Shown: positions 9,864-18,820, counted from the first letter of the stretch. The stretch is DNA of 55,033 bases from Bacillota bacterium (GCA_023401495.1 JAEXDU010000007.1:1-55033), one strand, 5' to 3'. Numbers and translations: made by a program. The notes: a model not told the origin generated them from the letters alone.

Positions 9864-9900
9864 TACCCACCTCAATCTTAGATGATACGGATCAGAGTAC

Positions 9901-9934
9901 ATAGAGAGTATTTACGGTCGTAAATACTCTCTAT
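9901..9934 (+). terminator. Hairpin/terminator ending the opine dehydrogenase-TTT operon
   Basis: atagagagtatttacg-gt-cgtaaatactctctat. Confidence 0.7.
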
Positions 9935-9944
9935 TATTGTAGAA

Positions 9945-10010
9945 CAACCACCGGCTGTGCCGGTGGAGCAGAAAAAACTTTGGCTTTGCCCATGAAATAA
10001 ACTCACTTTT
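9945..10010. mobile_element. Probable IS200/IS605-family end remnant
   Basis: ccaccggc-tgt-gccggtgg hairpin followed by an agcagaaaaaactttggc tract, like clostridial IS200 ends (recalled); no transposase present. Confidence 0.4.
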
Positions 10011-10435
10011 TGAAAAATCAAAATAGAGAATAATATAAAAAGAGACTGCTAGATAGGCGTTTTAAGACCCTCCAATTGCATTTATGCAATTGGAGGGTCT
10101 TGACGTACCAAAAATATCTCGTAACAAAGAACTGCCAGCTTATCGTAACAGCCAGATGATTCAGAAATTCTTCTTTTACATAGTTTCAAAAGGCCAAGTG
10201 AATATTGAAGCGGCAAACGTACCACTTTTCATTTAACTCTTTTCTATTTCTTTATCTGTAAAGATTAAAAATATTATAAATTTTGTCAAACAGTTTTATT
10301 TATCGGAGCTTCATACTTCAAGACAAAATGTCCAAAGCAAAAAACGTTTCTCCTGGTTGCTACTCCCCCCCTCCCGATTTCGATTGTTCAACTCAAAAAT
10401 CAGAATGGAGGAAAGCATATGGCAATAATTAATAA

Positions 10436-10545
10436 TGATGTCGGAGGGGTCGTCCGGGTTAATTGATCCTATTGGACATCGACGAATACAAACATCGCAG
10501 TGATTGCACTTTTCCATATCCGTCTTTGGCTTGGCGGGCATAAGC
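10436..10545 (-). pseudogene. Fragment of a 4Fe-4S-binding (ferredoxin-like) domain
   Basis: KPKTDMEKCNHCDVCIRRCPIGSI = CxxCxxCxxxCP; no second cluster motif and no clear start. Confidence 0.55.
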
Positions 10546-10681
10546 CACCCACCTCTGATTCAATACCGTTTAATGGAAAAATCAATTTACAATTAGAAAA
10601 TATGTGCATTCGTACTTCGAGAGACTTTCAAGTGCGGATACTTATATACCAACCGCAAAGGAGGGACTTTCTGAGAGCTTA

Positions 10682-10729
10682 TTACCACTGCTCGTTATGC
10701 TTTTTTAACGCTTCAGCTGCATAATTCAT
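10682..10729 (-). pseudogene. 5' stub resembling a malic enzyme start
   Basis: GAGG RBS + MNYAAEALKKHNEQW*, like the clostridial malic enzyme N-terminus (recalled). Confidence 0.35.
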
Positions 10730-10890
10730 TTGTCGTTCCTCAAATTTTTGCGCATTTGGTTTTAGTATAATATGTTCTCGCTAGCTTTCAGGAATAGTCC
10801 CTCAAAATTCTTGCAAAATAAAGAAAAATATGTTTAGATTGAAAATATAAGCAATATTTCAAACTCAGCAGAGAAAGGAGATTGCTTATT

Positions 10891-11060
10891 ATGTACCAAG
10901 CATGTATCCTTGCCTTGGAAGAAACTTTGGCCGATACGCCCGATTTCATTGCGTATTTCAGACTCTGTACTGACAGAATATGGGCACTCGGCGATTAGCC
11001 GCGAAAGGTTTCGTTACCTAGCTGGAAAAGGCTCGAATTTTCTGATGCGTGGAAATGCTC
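10891..11060 (+). pseudogene. Decayed HAD-family (phosphoglycolate phosphatase-like) hydrolase
   Basis: AGGAG RBS; MYQACILALEETLADT (degraded FDLDGTLADT), then after a frameshift SVLTEYGHSAISRERFRYLAGKG. Confidence 0.6.
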
Positions 11061-11353
11061 CAGGGAATTTCTCCGAAAGGATACACAAAATACGACATAT
11101 TACTGCTTCGTAAAATTTAAAAAAAATTTTACAAGAAGGATCCAATGCTCTTTGTATATTAGTATCTGGTGCACCGGGAAAGACAGCGGCATAGTGATTC
11201 AGAAACATAAGGAAAACAAATGCAGATAGAGGAGTTCATGCCTTAAAACCACGGTCTGCGGCTGCCAAAGAAGACATTTCTGCGTTAAATGGGGAAAATA
11301 TGTCCTCTTTTATAAAATTATTCTAACCGACACAAAGATAAGAGGAGTTCACA

Positions 11354-13324
11354 ATGAAGAAAATCATAATTTTAATGCGTAATGGGCAAAAAGACAGGTG
11401 TGCAGCGAAATTTATTTCTGACAATCTTAATGAAGTTCTCGAAAACACGGTTACTATCCAAATCATGTATTTGGATGAAATTAAGACATCGCATTTATTG
11501 GAAGCAGATATTATACTTGTACCTGTTTATAATATGCTTTATGAGATAAAGGATTATTTTCATGGGGAATGGGACAATATTCTTCTTGCAACAAGAACGC
11601 TGTCGAAAGACGCTTGGAATCACATTAAGGAAATACCCGCCAAAGAAAATGTACTTGTTGTCAATAAGACGAAGGAAACTACGTTGGATATGCTTCGCCT
11701 GTTGTACCAGCTTGGAATCATGCATTTGAATTTTGTGCCTTATCAAGACGGTTATTCCTATCAGGATTTCCGATATGTTGTAACAACCGCATATGACATA
11801 AACCTTTCATTGCCCGCATCCACCAAAGTGATTGACGTGGGGTACCGAAAACTAGATACGCAAGTTTTTTTAAACATTTTTTCTAAACTTAAGATTGAGA
11901 GTGACCGCATTACCAGAAATCTAATTCAATACATGCAGAAACTTCCTCAAAAAGATACCGATGTAGAGCGGAGATATTTATCCTCAAAGCTATTAAATAA
12001 AACATTAATTAAAGTGATTGATAAATCCGAATCTGGAATCATTGTTGTTGATAATGATAAAAGAATAGTCTGTCACAATCAAATGGCAAATCATATTCTT
12101 CACACCACATTTGATTTTGGAGATCTTTTCGAGCTTCCATCAACACCCGATATAACAGAAATGTTATTTCAAAAGAATTTTCTTCAAGAACTCATACAAA
12201 TTGCCGGTGAATATATAATGGTGAAGCGAAGCCAACTGATGAGTATGGAAGAAGTGATCGGTTATTATTTTGATTTTCATACTGCTAAAAGCATCAATGA
12301 GATGGGAAGTAAATTAAGTTCCAAGCTTCACAAATCAGGATTATACGCTAGATACACCTTTCACGATATTATTTACAAGTCAGAGAATATGGAAAGGTGT
12401 CTTACAGTTGCGAAATCAATATCCAATACAAAATATCCTGTTATTATTTACGGAGAAACTGGTTCGGGTAAAGAGCTACTGGCGCAATCTATACATAATT
12501 TTTCCGACCGAAGAGAAGAGCCATTTGTTGCGGTAAACTGTGCGGCCCTTCCGGAGCAGCTTTTAGAAAGTGAATTGTTTGGTTATGAAGGGGGAGCTTT
12601 TACCGGCTCAAAGCGGGAAGGAAAACTAGGGTTATTTGAGGCCGCAAATAACGGAACCATTTTTTTAGACGAAATAGGCGATATGCCTCTTTCCCTTCAA
12701 TCAAAACTTTTAAGAGTGTTGCAGGAGCAGCAAATCATGAGAGTCGGAAGTAATGAAATCATCGATATTAACGTTCGCATTCTGTCTGCAACAAATAAAG
12801 ACCTGATGAAAGAAATTGCAAAAAATAAATTCAGAGATGATCTGTATTATAGGTTGGCCGTCTTTACGGTAACTCTTCCTGCTCTACGTGATAGAAAAGA
12901 AGATATTTTGCCTCTGTTCTATCTATTTTTCAATCTGAAACAAAATAAATTAACAGACAGTGAAAAGCAACAGCTAATAAGCTATAACTGGCCGGGAAAT
13001 GTAAGAGAGTTGCAAAATGCGGCCACCTACTACCGCATGATTGGAAATTTACAGTGCATTTCGCATCCCGCACAAAAATCTATAATTACTCAGACCGCAC
13101 AGGCAGAGACAGAAATGCTGAAAATCCTATCTGCTTATTCTGATATTGGGCTGGGCCGAGGCAATATAATAAAAATGCTTCATCAAAAAGGTGTTGAAAT
13201 CAGTGAAAAAAGATTTGAAAGTATTGTACAAAAGTTATTGAAAGACGGGCTAATAACTCGAAGTCGGGGACGAGGTGGTATTAAGCTGACAGATATAGGA
13301 AAATCTCAGGTTACTGAGCAATAA
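11354..13324 (+). CDS. Sigma-54-dependent enhancer-binding protein (N-terminal sensor, PAS-like, AAA+, winged-helix C-terminus)
   Basis: GETGSGKE, ESELFGYEGGAFTGS, TIFLDEIGD, WPGNVRELQN; C-terminal RSRGRGGIKLT. Confidence 0.95.
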   Translation: MKKIIILMRNGQKDRCAAKFISDNLNEVLENTVTIQIMYLDEIKTSHLLEADIILVPVYNMLYEIKDYFHGEWDNILLATRTLSKDAWNHIKEIPAKENVLVVNKTKETTLDMLRLLYQLGIMHLNFVPYQDGYSYQDFRYVVTTAYDINLSLPASTKVIDVGYRKLDTQVFLNIFSKLKIESDRITRNLIQYMQKLPQKDTDVERRYLSSKLLNKTLIKVIDKSESGIIVVDNDKRIVCHNQMANHILHTTFDFGDLFELPSTPDITEMLFQKNFLQELIQIAGEYIMVKRSQLMSMEEVIGYYFDFHTAKSINEMGSKLSSKLHKSGLYARYTFHDIIYKSENMERCLTVAKSISNTKYPVIIYGETGSGKELLAQSIHNFSDRREEPFVAVNCAALPEQLLESELFGYEGGAFTGSKREGKLGLFEAANNGTIFLDEIGDMPLSLQSKLLRVLQEQQIMRVGSNEIIDINVRILSATNKDLMKEIAKNKFRDDLYYRLAVFTVTLPALRDRKEDILPLFYLFFNLKQNKLTDSEKQQLISYNWPGNVRELQNAATYYRMIGNLQCISHPAQKSIITQTAQAETEMLKILSAYSDIGLGRGNIIKMLHQKGVEISEKRFESIVQKLLKDGLITRSRGRGGIKLTDIGKSQVTEQ

Positions 13325-13387
13325 TTTTGTTAATTATTAGAGTTTTAAGAGAAAGATACTAATTTTGCACTATTTTTTCAAGAAAGA

Positions 13388-13427
13388 AAAGTTAAATCCC
13401 ACATGTATACATGTGGGATTTAACTTT
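13388..13427. repeat. Perfect 40-bp palindrome (terminator and/or activator site)
   Basis: AAAGTTAAATCCCACATGTA|TACATGTGGGATTTAACTTT. Confidence 0.9.
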
Positions 13428-13481
13428 ATTTATTGGATCTAATTTGTAAATATTGCTCTAATCTGCAACAAACAGAACAAC

Positions 13482-13497
13482 TGGCACGGTAATTGCT
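13482..13497 (+). promoter_or_regulatory. Sigma-54 (-24/-12) promoter 1
   Basis: TGGCAC-ggtaa-TTGCT, directly downstream of the enhancer-binding protein gene. Confidence 0.9.
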
Positions 13498-13586
13498 TAT
13501 TATTAACGCAAGTAAGTTTGAATGAAACAGTAAATCGTTAAAAGCAAACTGTTTTCACTCAAATAATTATGAAAGGGGGATTACCC

Positions 13587-13676
13587 ATGGTAAAAAACAT
13601 TCTAGTGGACTGGAAATTATTCGGAGCCAAAGAGTGTATAAATTTTTTGGTTAGATCATTAACAACAGCTCGTTAA
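13587..13676 (+). pseudogene. Truncated paralogue of the 16156 gene (29 aa)
   Basis: Strong RBS (gaaaggggg); MVKNILVDWKLFGAK aligns with MVTHIQLEWPSLGIK, then diverges and stops. Confidence 0.55.
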
Positions 13677-13697
13677 AAGCGGAATAATAATAAGGGG

Positions 13698-15182
13698 GTG
13701 TATTCATTGGGAAAACTAACAGAATTTTTATCTGGCGAAAAAAAGGGGCGGTACCCTAAGTTCGGAGAAGCCTGTTTATTAATGGTCTTAGTTTGTGCAA
13801 TCCTAATTTTCTTTAATCTAGTGATAAAAACAAATACCATCGTAACGTTGGTTATGGCCTTAACTGTGTGTGCCGCTTTCGCCGCATTTTGGGGAAATAG
13901 CTGGCAGACAATTGAAGACATGATGCTGTCTGGACTCAGCAAGGGTCTTTTGGCACTGTTTATCAATGTCTTGATTGGAATGCTGATTGCAGCATGGTGT
14001 GCTGGAGGAACAGTTCCATATATCGTTTATTTAGGCCTTAAACTGATTGAACCACAGTTTTTGCTGGCCGCGACATTCATCGTCTGCTTTATTATGTCTG
14101 CATGCACAGGCAGCTCATGGACAACCGCTGGAACAGTTGGAATTGCAATGTACGGAATTGGTGTTGCAATGGGAATGCCACCAGGTCTAATTGCCGGAGC
14201 CGTCCTTGCAGGATCTTATGGTGGAGACAAGTTATCAATTGTGTCTGAAACGACCAATCTGGCAGCGGCTACTTCTGAAACCAAAATAATGACACACCTG
14301 AATTCCATGCTTTATGTTAGCTTACCTGCCGCAATAATTACTTTGGTGGTATATGTAATTGTCGGCTGGAGATATGGCAGCGCAGGCGTTGTCAATGATT
14401 CTGCGGTGACAGAGCTGATTCATGGATTAGAAAAAAGCTTCTGGCTCAATCCTATCCTTCTTCTACCGCTTGTAGCAATGGGATATTTGGTATACAAAAA
14501 AACTCCTCCCGTCCTAACAATGCTCGTAGGCATCATTATGGGATCAGGGTTAGCGATGTTTCAAGGCCATGATTTCAAAACAATTGCTGGAAGTTTAATC
14601 AATGGATACAATGCAAACTCTGAAATTGACTCCATCAACTCGATGTTATCTAAAGGCGGAGTCCTTGAAATGACCACTGTCGTTTTCATTATTATTGTCG
14701 GCATGTCTATGGGGGGAATTTTAAAAGATACAAAAACTTTGGAAACTATTGTCTTCCAGTTCCAAAAGTTAATCAACTCCAGATTTGCAGTTATAACGTC
14801 ATCGATGTTCACGGTTGGCACTATGGCAGCTGTTTGCGGTGATACTTACGCTTCTTACATTCTCACTTCCTCGGCATACGCAACCGCACACGACCGTCTA
14901 CAGATAGACCGTAAGGTTTTATCCCGTTCTTGTGAGCTGGGAGTTATTCTTTCCTGCCTAATGATTTGGACCTCTGGGGGACAGTTTATGTCAAACCTTT
15001 TTGGAATCTCACCTGCTGAATATGCACCATATTACATTTGGGGATATTTAATCTTTATCGTCAATATGTTTTGCGCAGCTACGGGTTGGGGCATATTTTA
15101 TACACACGGACGACGTGGATGGGGTAAAAACAAAGAGATTCCTCCTATCCTAGACATGGATCCCTTTTCGGAAAAAACATAA
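13698..15182 (+). CDS. NhaC-family transporter (start may be TTG at 13707)
   Basis: TGSSWTTAGTVG, GDKLSIVSETTNLAA, multiple transmembrane segments. Confidence 0.92.
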   Translation: MYSLGKLTEFLSGEKKGRYPKFGEACLLMVLVCAILIFFNLVIKTNTIVTLVMALTVCAAFAAFWGNSWQTIEDMMLSGLSKGLLALFINVLIGMLIAAWCAGGTVPYIVYLGLKLIEPQFLLAATFIVCFIMSACTGSSWTTAGTVGIAMYGIGVAMGMPPGLIAGAVLAGSYGGDKLSIVSETTNLAAATSETKIMTHLNSMLYVSLPAAIITLVVYVIVGWRYGSAGVVNDSAVTELIHGLEKSFWLNPILLLPLVAMGYLVYKKTPPVLTMLVGIIMGSGLAMFQGHDFKTIAGSLINGYNANSEIDSINSMLSKGGVLEMTTVVFIIIVGMSMGGILKDTKTLETIVFQFQKLINSRFAVITSSMFTVGTMAAVCGDTYASYILTSSAYATAHDRLQIDRKVLSRSCELGVILSCLMIWTSGGQFMSNLFGISPAEYAPYYIWGYLIFIVNMFCAATGWGIFYTHGRRGWGKNKEIPPILDMDPFSEKT

Positions 15183-15339
15183 GTAATTATACCTATTTTC
15201 ATCAAAGCTCACTTAATAAGCGAACCATTTTCCAGTGCAGTTATAGATCATATTAAATTTTCAATGGTTATAGGCAACAAGCATCCGTTAACTAATTAAA
15301 AGAAACAATAAAAACATAACGGATAAACAGGTGTTAAGA

Positions 15340-15659
15340 GGGATGAAGATCGCATACAAAACTAGTCATAGAAATGGAAGCTGTTGGAGCTATCTTCATA
15401 CCACTTGCTCCATAAAACACTTCTATGCCTGCATGGAACCATAGAACAGCAACTTTGGAGATATTTCCTGCTGTTATACTCTGGAAAAGCCATCCGATTC
15501 CACATAAGGCCTTAAGCATGGGTTGAAAGCCTTAAAAAAACTGACGTAGGGACGTTTGTGCCTCTTACAGGCGTTTTAATCTAATCAAGCAGCTACCCCC
15601 CACAAAGGTTCCCCAAAACGAATTTTTGGGAGCCTTTGTGGGGGTTTGTAGCAATCTGT
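15340..15659 (+). mobile_element. Degraded 3' end of an IS (IS1182-like)
   Basis: Traces of TIExxFGD and (N)LKKL motifs, a cccccacaaagg...cctttgtggggg hairpin, and a terminus ggtttgtagcaatctg resembling IS1182-type inverted repeats (recalled). Confidence 0.35.
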
Positions 15660-16059
15660 AGAAAAATCCCGCGCTGTGCGGACTCCACCTTTGCAGATAT
15701 AGAGAATATGAGAAGAAGGTCTTAAATCAAGGTGATTGAAAGTGCCGGACTCATAACAATCTGCTACTGTACCAGATTATTATGCTTAGCATATTTTGTT
15801 TTTCCCACTCATTCTTTTGAATAAAAGATTGCTCAAACACGCTGCTTTTCAGTTGTTGCCGAAAGTAATATCCCAGAAGATATTGCCTTCACTAAAACTC
15901 GCAGCGGCTAAAATATTCTTAGACAATTCTAAAGACAATTTAAAATATAAATAGTGTTTAATACGATTTAAAATAATTGACACAATTAAAACCTTAACTT
16001 CTTTTAACAAATTACGCAAAATAGAGGGATTTTGAGCAATTTCTTCTCTAAAAAACACT

Positions 16060-16075
16060 TGGCACAAAACTTGCT
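16060..16075 (+). promoter_or_regulatory. Sigma-54 (-24/-12) promoter 2
   Basis: TGGCAC-aaaac-TTGCT about 80 bp upstream of the 16156 start. Confidence 0.9.
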
Positions 16076-16155
16076 GATGTATAGAGTTATAGTAAAACTG
16101 TGTACTCTTCTTGAGCAACGCAGTTATCTAAAAAAACGTTGAAGGAGAAACGAAA

Positions 16156-16575
16156 ATGGTAACACACATCCAATTAGAATGGCCTTCTTTAGGCATCAAA
16201 GTTCGTGCAAAGTTGATGCAGGATAAGGCTCCACATTTTTGCGCGGAACTGGAAAAACTGCTTCCTTTTGAAAGCATCCATGGCCATACCGTTATTTCGG
16301 GTCACAACATGAGCATTCCTATGAAACTTCTGTGGTTGGAGCGCGAGTGTGATGCTCCTCGCCAGCCTGGCAGACTGTTCATCTACACCAATGGCCAGCG
16401 TATTGTAATCCCTTACGCGGCTACAACGGAGCCCGGTGATGTTAATTGCTTTGCGGATGTTTTTGAGGAAGATCTGCCTCTGCTCATGCAGGCTGGTCTT
16501 GACTGCAAGCATCGTTTTATGACTGGCGATTGTGAACCCCAGATAGTTATCGTATCCGCACTGAAGGAGGTATAA
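16156..16575 (+). CDS. Stand-alone N-terminal (cyclophilin-like fold) half of a McbB/cucumopine synthase-family Pictet-Spenglerase-like enzyme
   Basis: IQLEW..LGIKV, LLPFESIHGHTVISG, PYAATTE, EEDLPLLMQAG..C are colinear with the recalled McbB N-domain; GAAGGAG RBS. Confidence 0.75.
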   Translation: MVTHIQLEWPSLGIKVRAKLMQDKAPHFCAELEKLLPFESIHGHTVISGHNMSIPMKLLWLERECDAPRQPGRLFIYTNGQRIVIPYAATTEPGDVNCFADVFEEDLPLLMQAGLDCKHRFMTGDCEPQIVIVSALKEV

Positions 16576-16577
16576 TT

Positions 16578-17096
16578 ATGAATTGGCGTGAAGTAAAACA
16601 ACAAATCTTAGCTCAAATCGATGAAAACTGGCTTAAAGAGCCCGAAGCAATGTGGAAGGTTCGCCACGGCATTAGTGTGACAGGTGCGGGTTCCTTTAAT
16701 CAGTATCTTTCAACAATGATGTTCGTCGGCGTTTATACCATAGCTTATGGACAGCATACATTTTTTATGTTCTTGCAGATGGCAGAAGATCCCGAGATTT
16801 CTCTAGAGGTTTTAAAGAAGTTGACACATAATGAGTTAGCCGTCGGTTTCCAGTCCATGCAGTTTCTGGCCTACGTTTCTACACCGGAGGTCAACCAGTT
16901 TGCCAAAGATATCGATGCCGTTCTTGATCAACTCCAAACCAAGAATGATTACAAGGAATTGATTGGCGCCTATGATCGCTACATCAATCTGATCCACTAC
17001 TGGCATCACTGCACCTTCCCGTGGCATGTCGGCATGATGTATCAGTACAGAACTTCCGAGGATATTGATACGATGTGTAAACTGGCGCACGAATAG
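16578..17096 (+). CDS. Stand-alone cucumopine synthase C-terminal helical-bundle-like protein
   Basis: WLKEP, GAGSFNQYLSTMMF, FLAY, W..CTFPWHVG match the recalled McbB C-domain (W..PP, RAGSYDQYFSTLVF, FLGY, FPW.HG); own AAGGAGG RBS, 2 nt after the upstream stop. Confidence 0.8.
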   Translation: MNWREVKQQILAQIDENWLKEPEAMWKVRHGISVTGAGSFNQYLSTMMFVGVYTIAYGQHTFFMFLQMAEDPEISLEVLKKLTHNELAVGFQSMQFLAYVSTPEVNQFAKDIDAVLDQLQTKNDYKELIGAYDRYINLIHYWHHCTFPWHVGMMYQYRTSEDIDTMCKLAHE

Positions 17097-17116
17097 AAAT
17101 GGATATAGTATATGGA

Positions 17117-17230
17117 ATGGGATTAGAACATATGAAATCAAGGGATGAATCCTGAATTACAGAGGTAGTGATTCTAATATTTCTGATCTGTATCACTATG
17201 GCCTATTTAAACATCGGATTGAGTACTTAG
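17117..17230 (+). pseudogene. 5' remnant of a second NhaC paralogue
   Basis: 17159-17230 reads TEVVILIFLICITMAYLNIGLST*, aligning without gaps to GEACLLMVLVCAILIFFNLVIKT of the 13698 NhaC. Confidence 0.5.
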
Positions 17231-17338
17231 TTCTTCAATAGAACTTATTGCACTTCTCTTTACGTAGCAAATTGCAGCGCATAGCAGAAACGGACGAGGA
17301 ATAGAAACCTCTGACGTAAAATATAAAAGGATTACGTA

Positions 17339-17378
17339 GCCTGACTTCGCTCTTCAAACGGGGTCAGGCATGTTTTTA
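17339..17378 (+). terminator. Intrinsic terminator of sigma-54 unit 2
   Basis: gcctgacttcg...cggggtcaggc followed by atgttttt. Confidence 0.65.
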
Positions 17379-17434
17379 ATTGTAGACATTTATACGTGGA
17401 AGCCCTCTTTATTTCTTTGATTGCCTAAATACAG

Positions 17435-17694
17435 GATAAGGTAGAATAAGTTGCGCAAATTGAAAAAGGGATAAAAAGAGACATGGTTTGCAGCTCTTTG
17501 ATAGAATGAAGTTACCACACACCATTCTGGGAAGGAGACAGCAAACCATGTCCGAGAAAATTGTACAGTTAAATGAGGAAGTAATCAAGGGGCAAATCAA
17601 GGAGTTAGTGCATGGCAGTGTGGAGGAAACGCTAAACGGCCTGCTGGAAGCTGAAGCTGAGAAGCTGACACAAGCCGCAAATATCAAAAAATGA
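17435..17694 (+). mobile_element. IS256-family left end and truncated transposase
   Basis: End sequence gataaggtagaataagttgcgcaaattg; ORF from 17548 MSEKIVQLNEEVIKGQIKELVHGSVEETLNGLLEAEAEKLTQAA stops early. Confidence 0.8.
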
Positions 17695-17905
17695 CATAAC
17701 ATGCCTCTTTTTCACGAATATCTCAATTCCTATGCCGGATATATTCTAGGTCATCAAACTTACCAGTGAGCTTCCTTTTATCGCTAAAACCTCTCGCTGA
17801 CCGAACTTCACATAATTGCTAATAACGCAAATATCTATTTATTCTTAATTATATCTTTGTAAAGATTATAATTCAACCAAATTTCACCATTTACTATATA
17901 AAAAA

Positions 17906-17928
17906 TAGTCGGACAAATTGTCCGACTA
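17906..17928. repeat. Third copy of the GYCGGACA-N3-TRTCCGRC palindrome
   Basis: tagtcggaca-aat-tgtccgacta. Confidence 0.85.
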
Positions 17929-18249
17929 AGATATAAATATCATCAGATAATCAAAGTTCTTATTTCTTTCCTACCCGCAAAATGGTACAATTTAGAAGAA
18001 AGCAAAATTTAACCCCATTAACAACACATTAGCTGTAAGAAATTTTGCCGAATTCTTACACTAATCAAAACGTAAATCCAGTACGTTTGAAGACTAAATG
18101 TCATTAACAGGGTTGGTTTTCTGTGTTACCTCATGGTAGCATGGTTATCATATTCTTGTCAGGGGTCTTAGACGTACAGTTTACCGGCTGCGTCTAGGCT
18201 CTTGTTTTTTTGCCTCTCAGCAAAAGGATAAGATCGTGGATGTAGTAAA

Positions 18250-18445
18250 TCCATGAAAAACTGAATGCCAAAATCGGTATAGGGTGAAGTAATACTCTTA
18301 TGGTAGATAGTGCAGCCACGACCTTAACAGTTGGAACCTGTTAAGCGAGCGCGCCTGTCCTGCATAGCAGGAAAGAGCAAATACGTATCTGGTGAGAGTA
18401 GCCAGATATAGGACAGACCAGACCCGATTATTAATGACACTCAAA
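18250..18445 (+). ncRNA. Candidate structured RNA of ICE/IME type (possible antitermination element), orphaned
   Basis: Nested helices (aatcgg/ccgatt, cttaacag/ctgttaag, ctgtcct/aggacag, tatctgg/ccagata) and ordered motifs AAAACTGAAT..GCCACGACC..GCGAGCG..TAATGACACT. Confidence 0.4.
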
Positions 18446-18561
18446 AAAGATGTATATAAGGGCGATTTCAATTCCAGTTGTCTTCGCCCATTATATATAA
18501 TTTTGTCTTAATACTGCAACAAGCCCATATTACTATGAGCTTGCCGGAGTATTAAGAAGTT

Positions 18562-18638
<77 letters not shown>

Positions 18639-18669
18639 ATATTTTGCCGCTCCTCAAGAGCGCTTAACT

Positions 18670-18698
18670 ATAATAACACCGGCATTTAAAAAAGTCAA
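18670..18698 (-). promoter_or_regulatory. Sigma-70 promoter of tRNA-fMet
   Basis: TTGACT-17-TATTAT with TG extension on the minus strand. Confidence 0.75.
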
Positions 18699-18820
18699 TA
18701 CTTTTTTACATTTTATTGTAAATTAATGTGAAAGGCAAGCTGTTTTCTTGTCAGGAAAATTGCTTTATGCTATACTTTTCTCAATCAATACAGCGCGAAA
18801 CCGCAGACAGGAAGTGCACG

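Noticed and set aside
10615..10680. Segment with an orphan RBS-like aaaggaggg that might be an IS end
   Set aside because: No matching inverted repeat or transposase trace could be identified.
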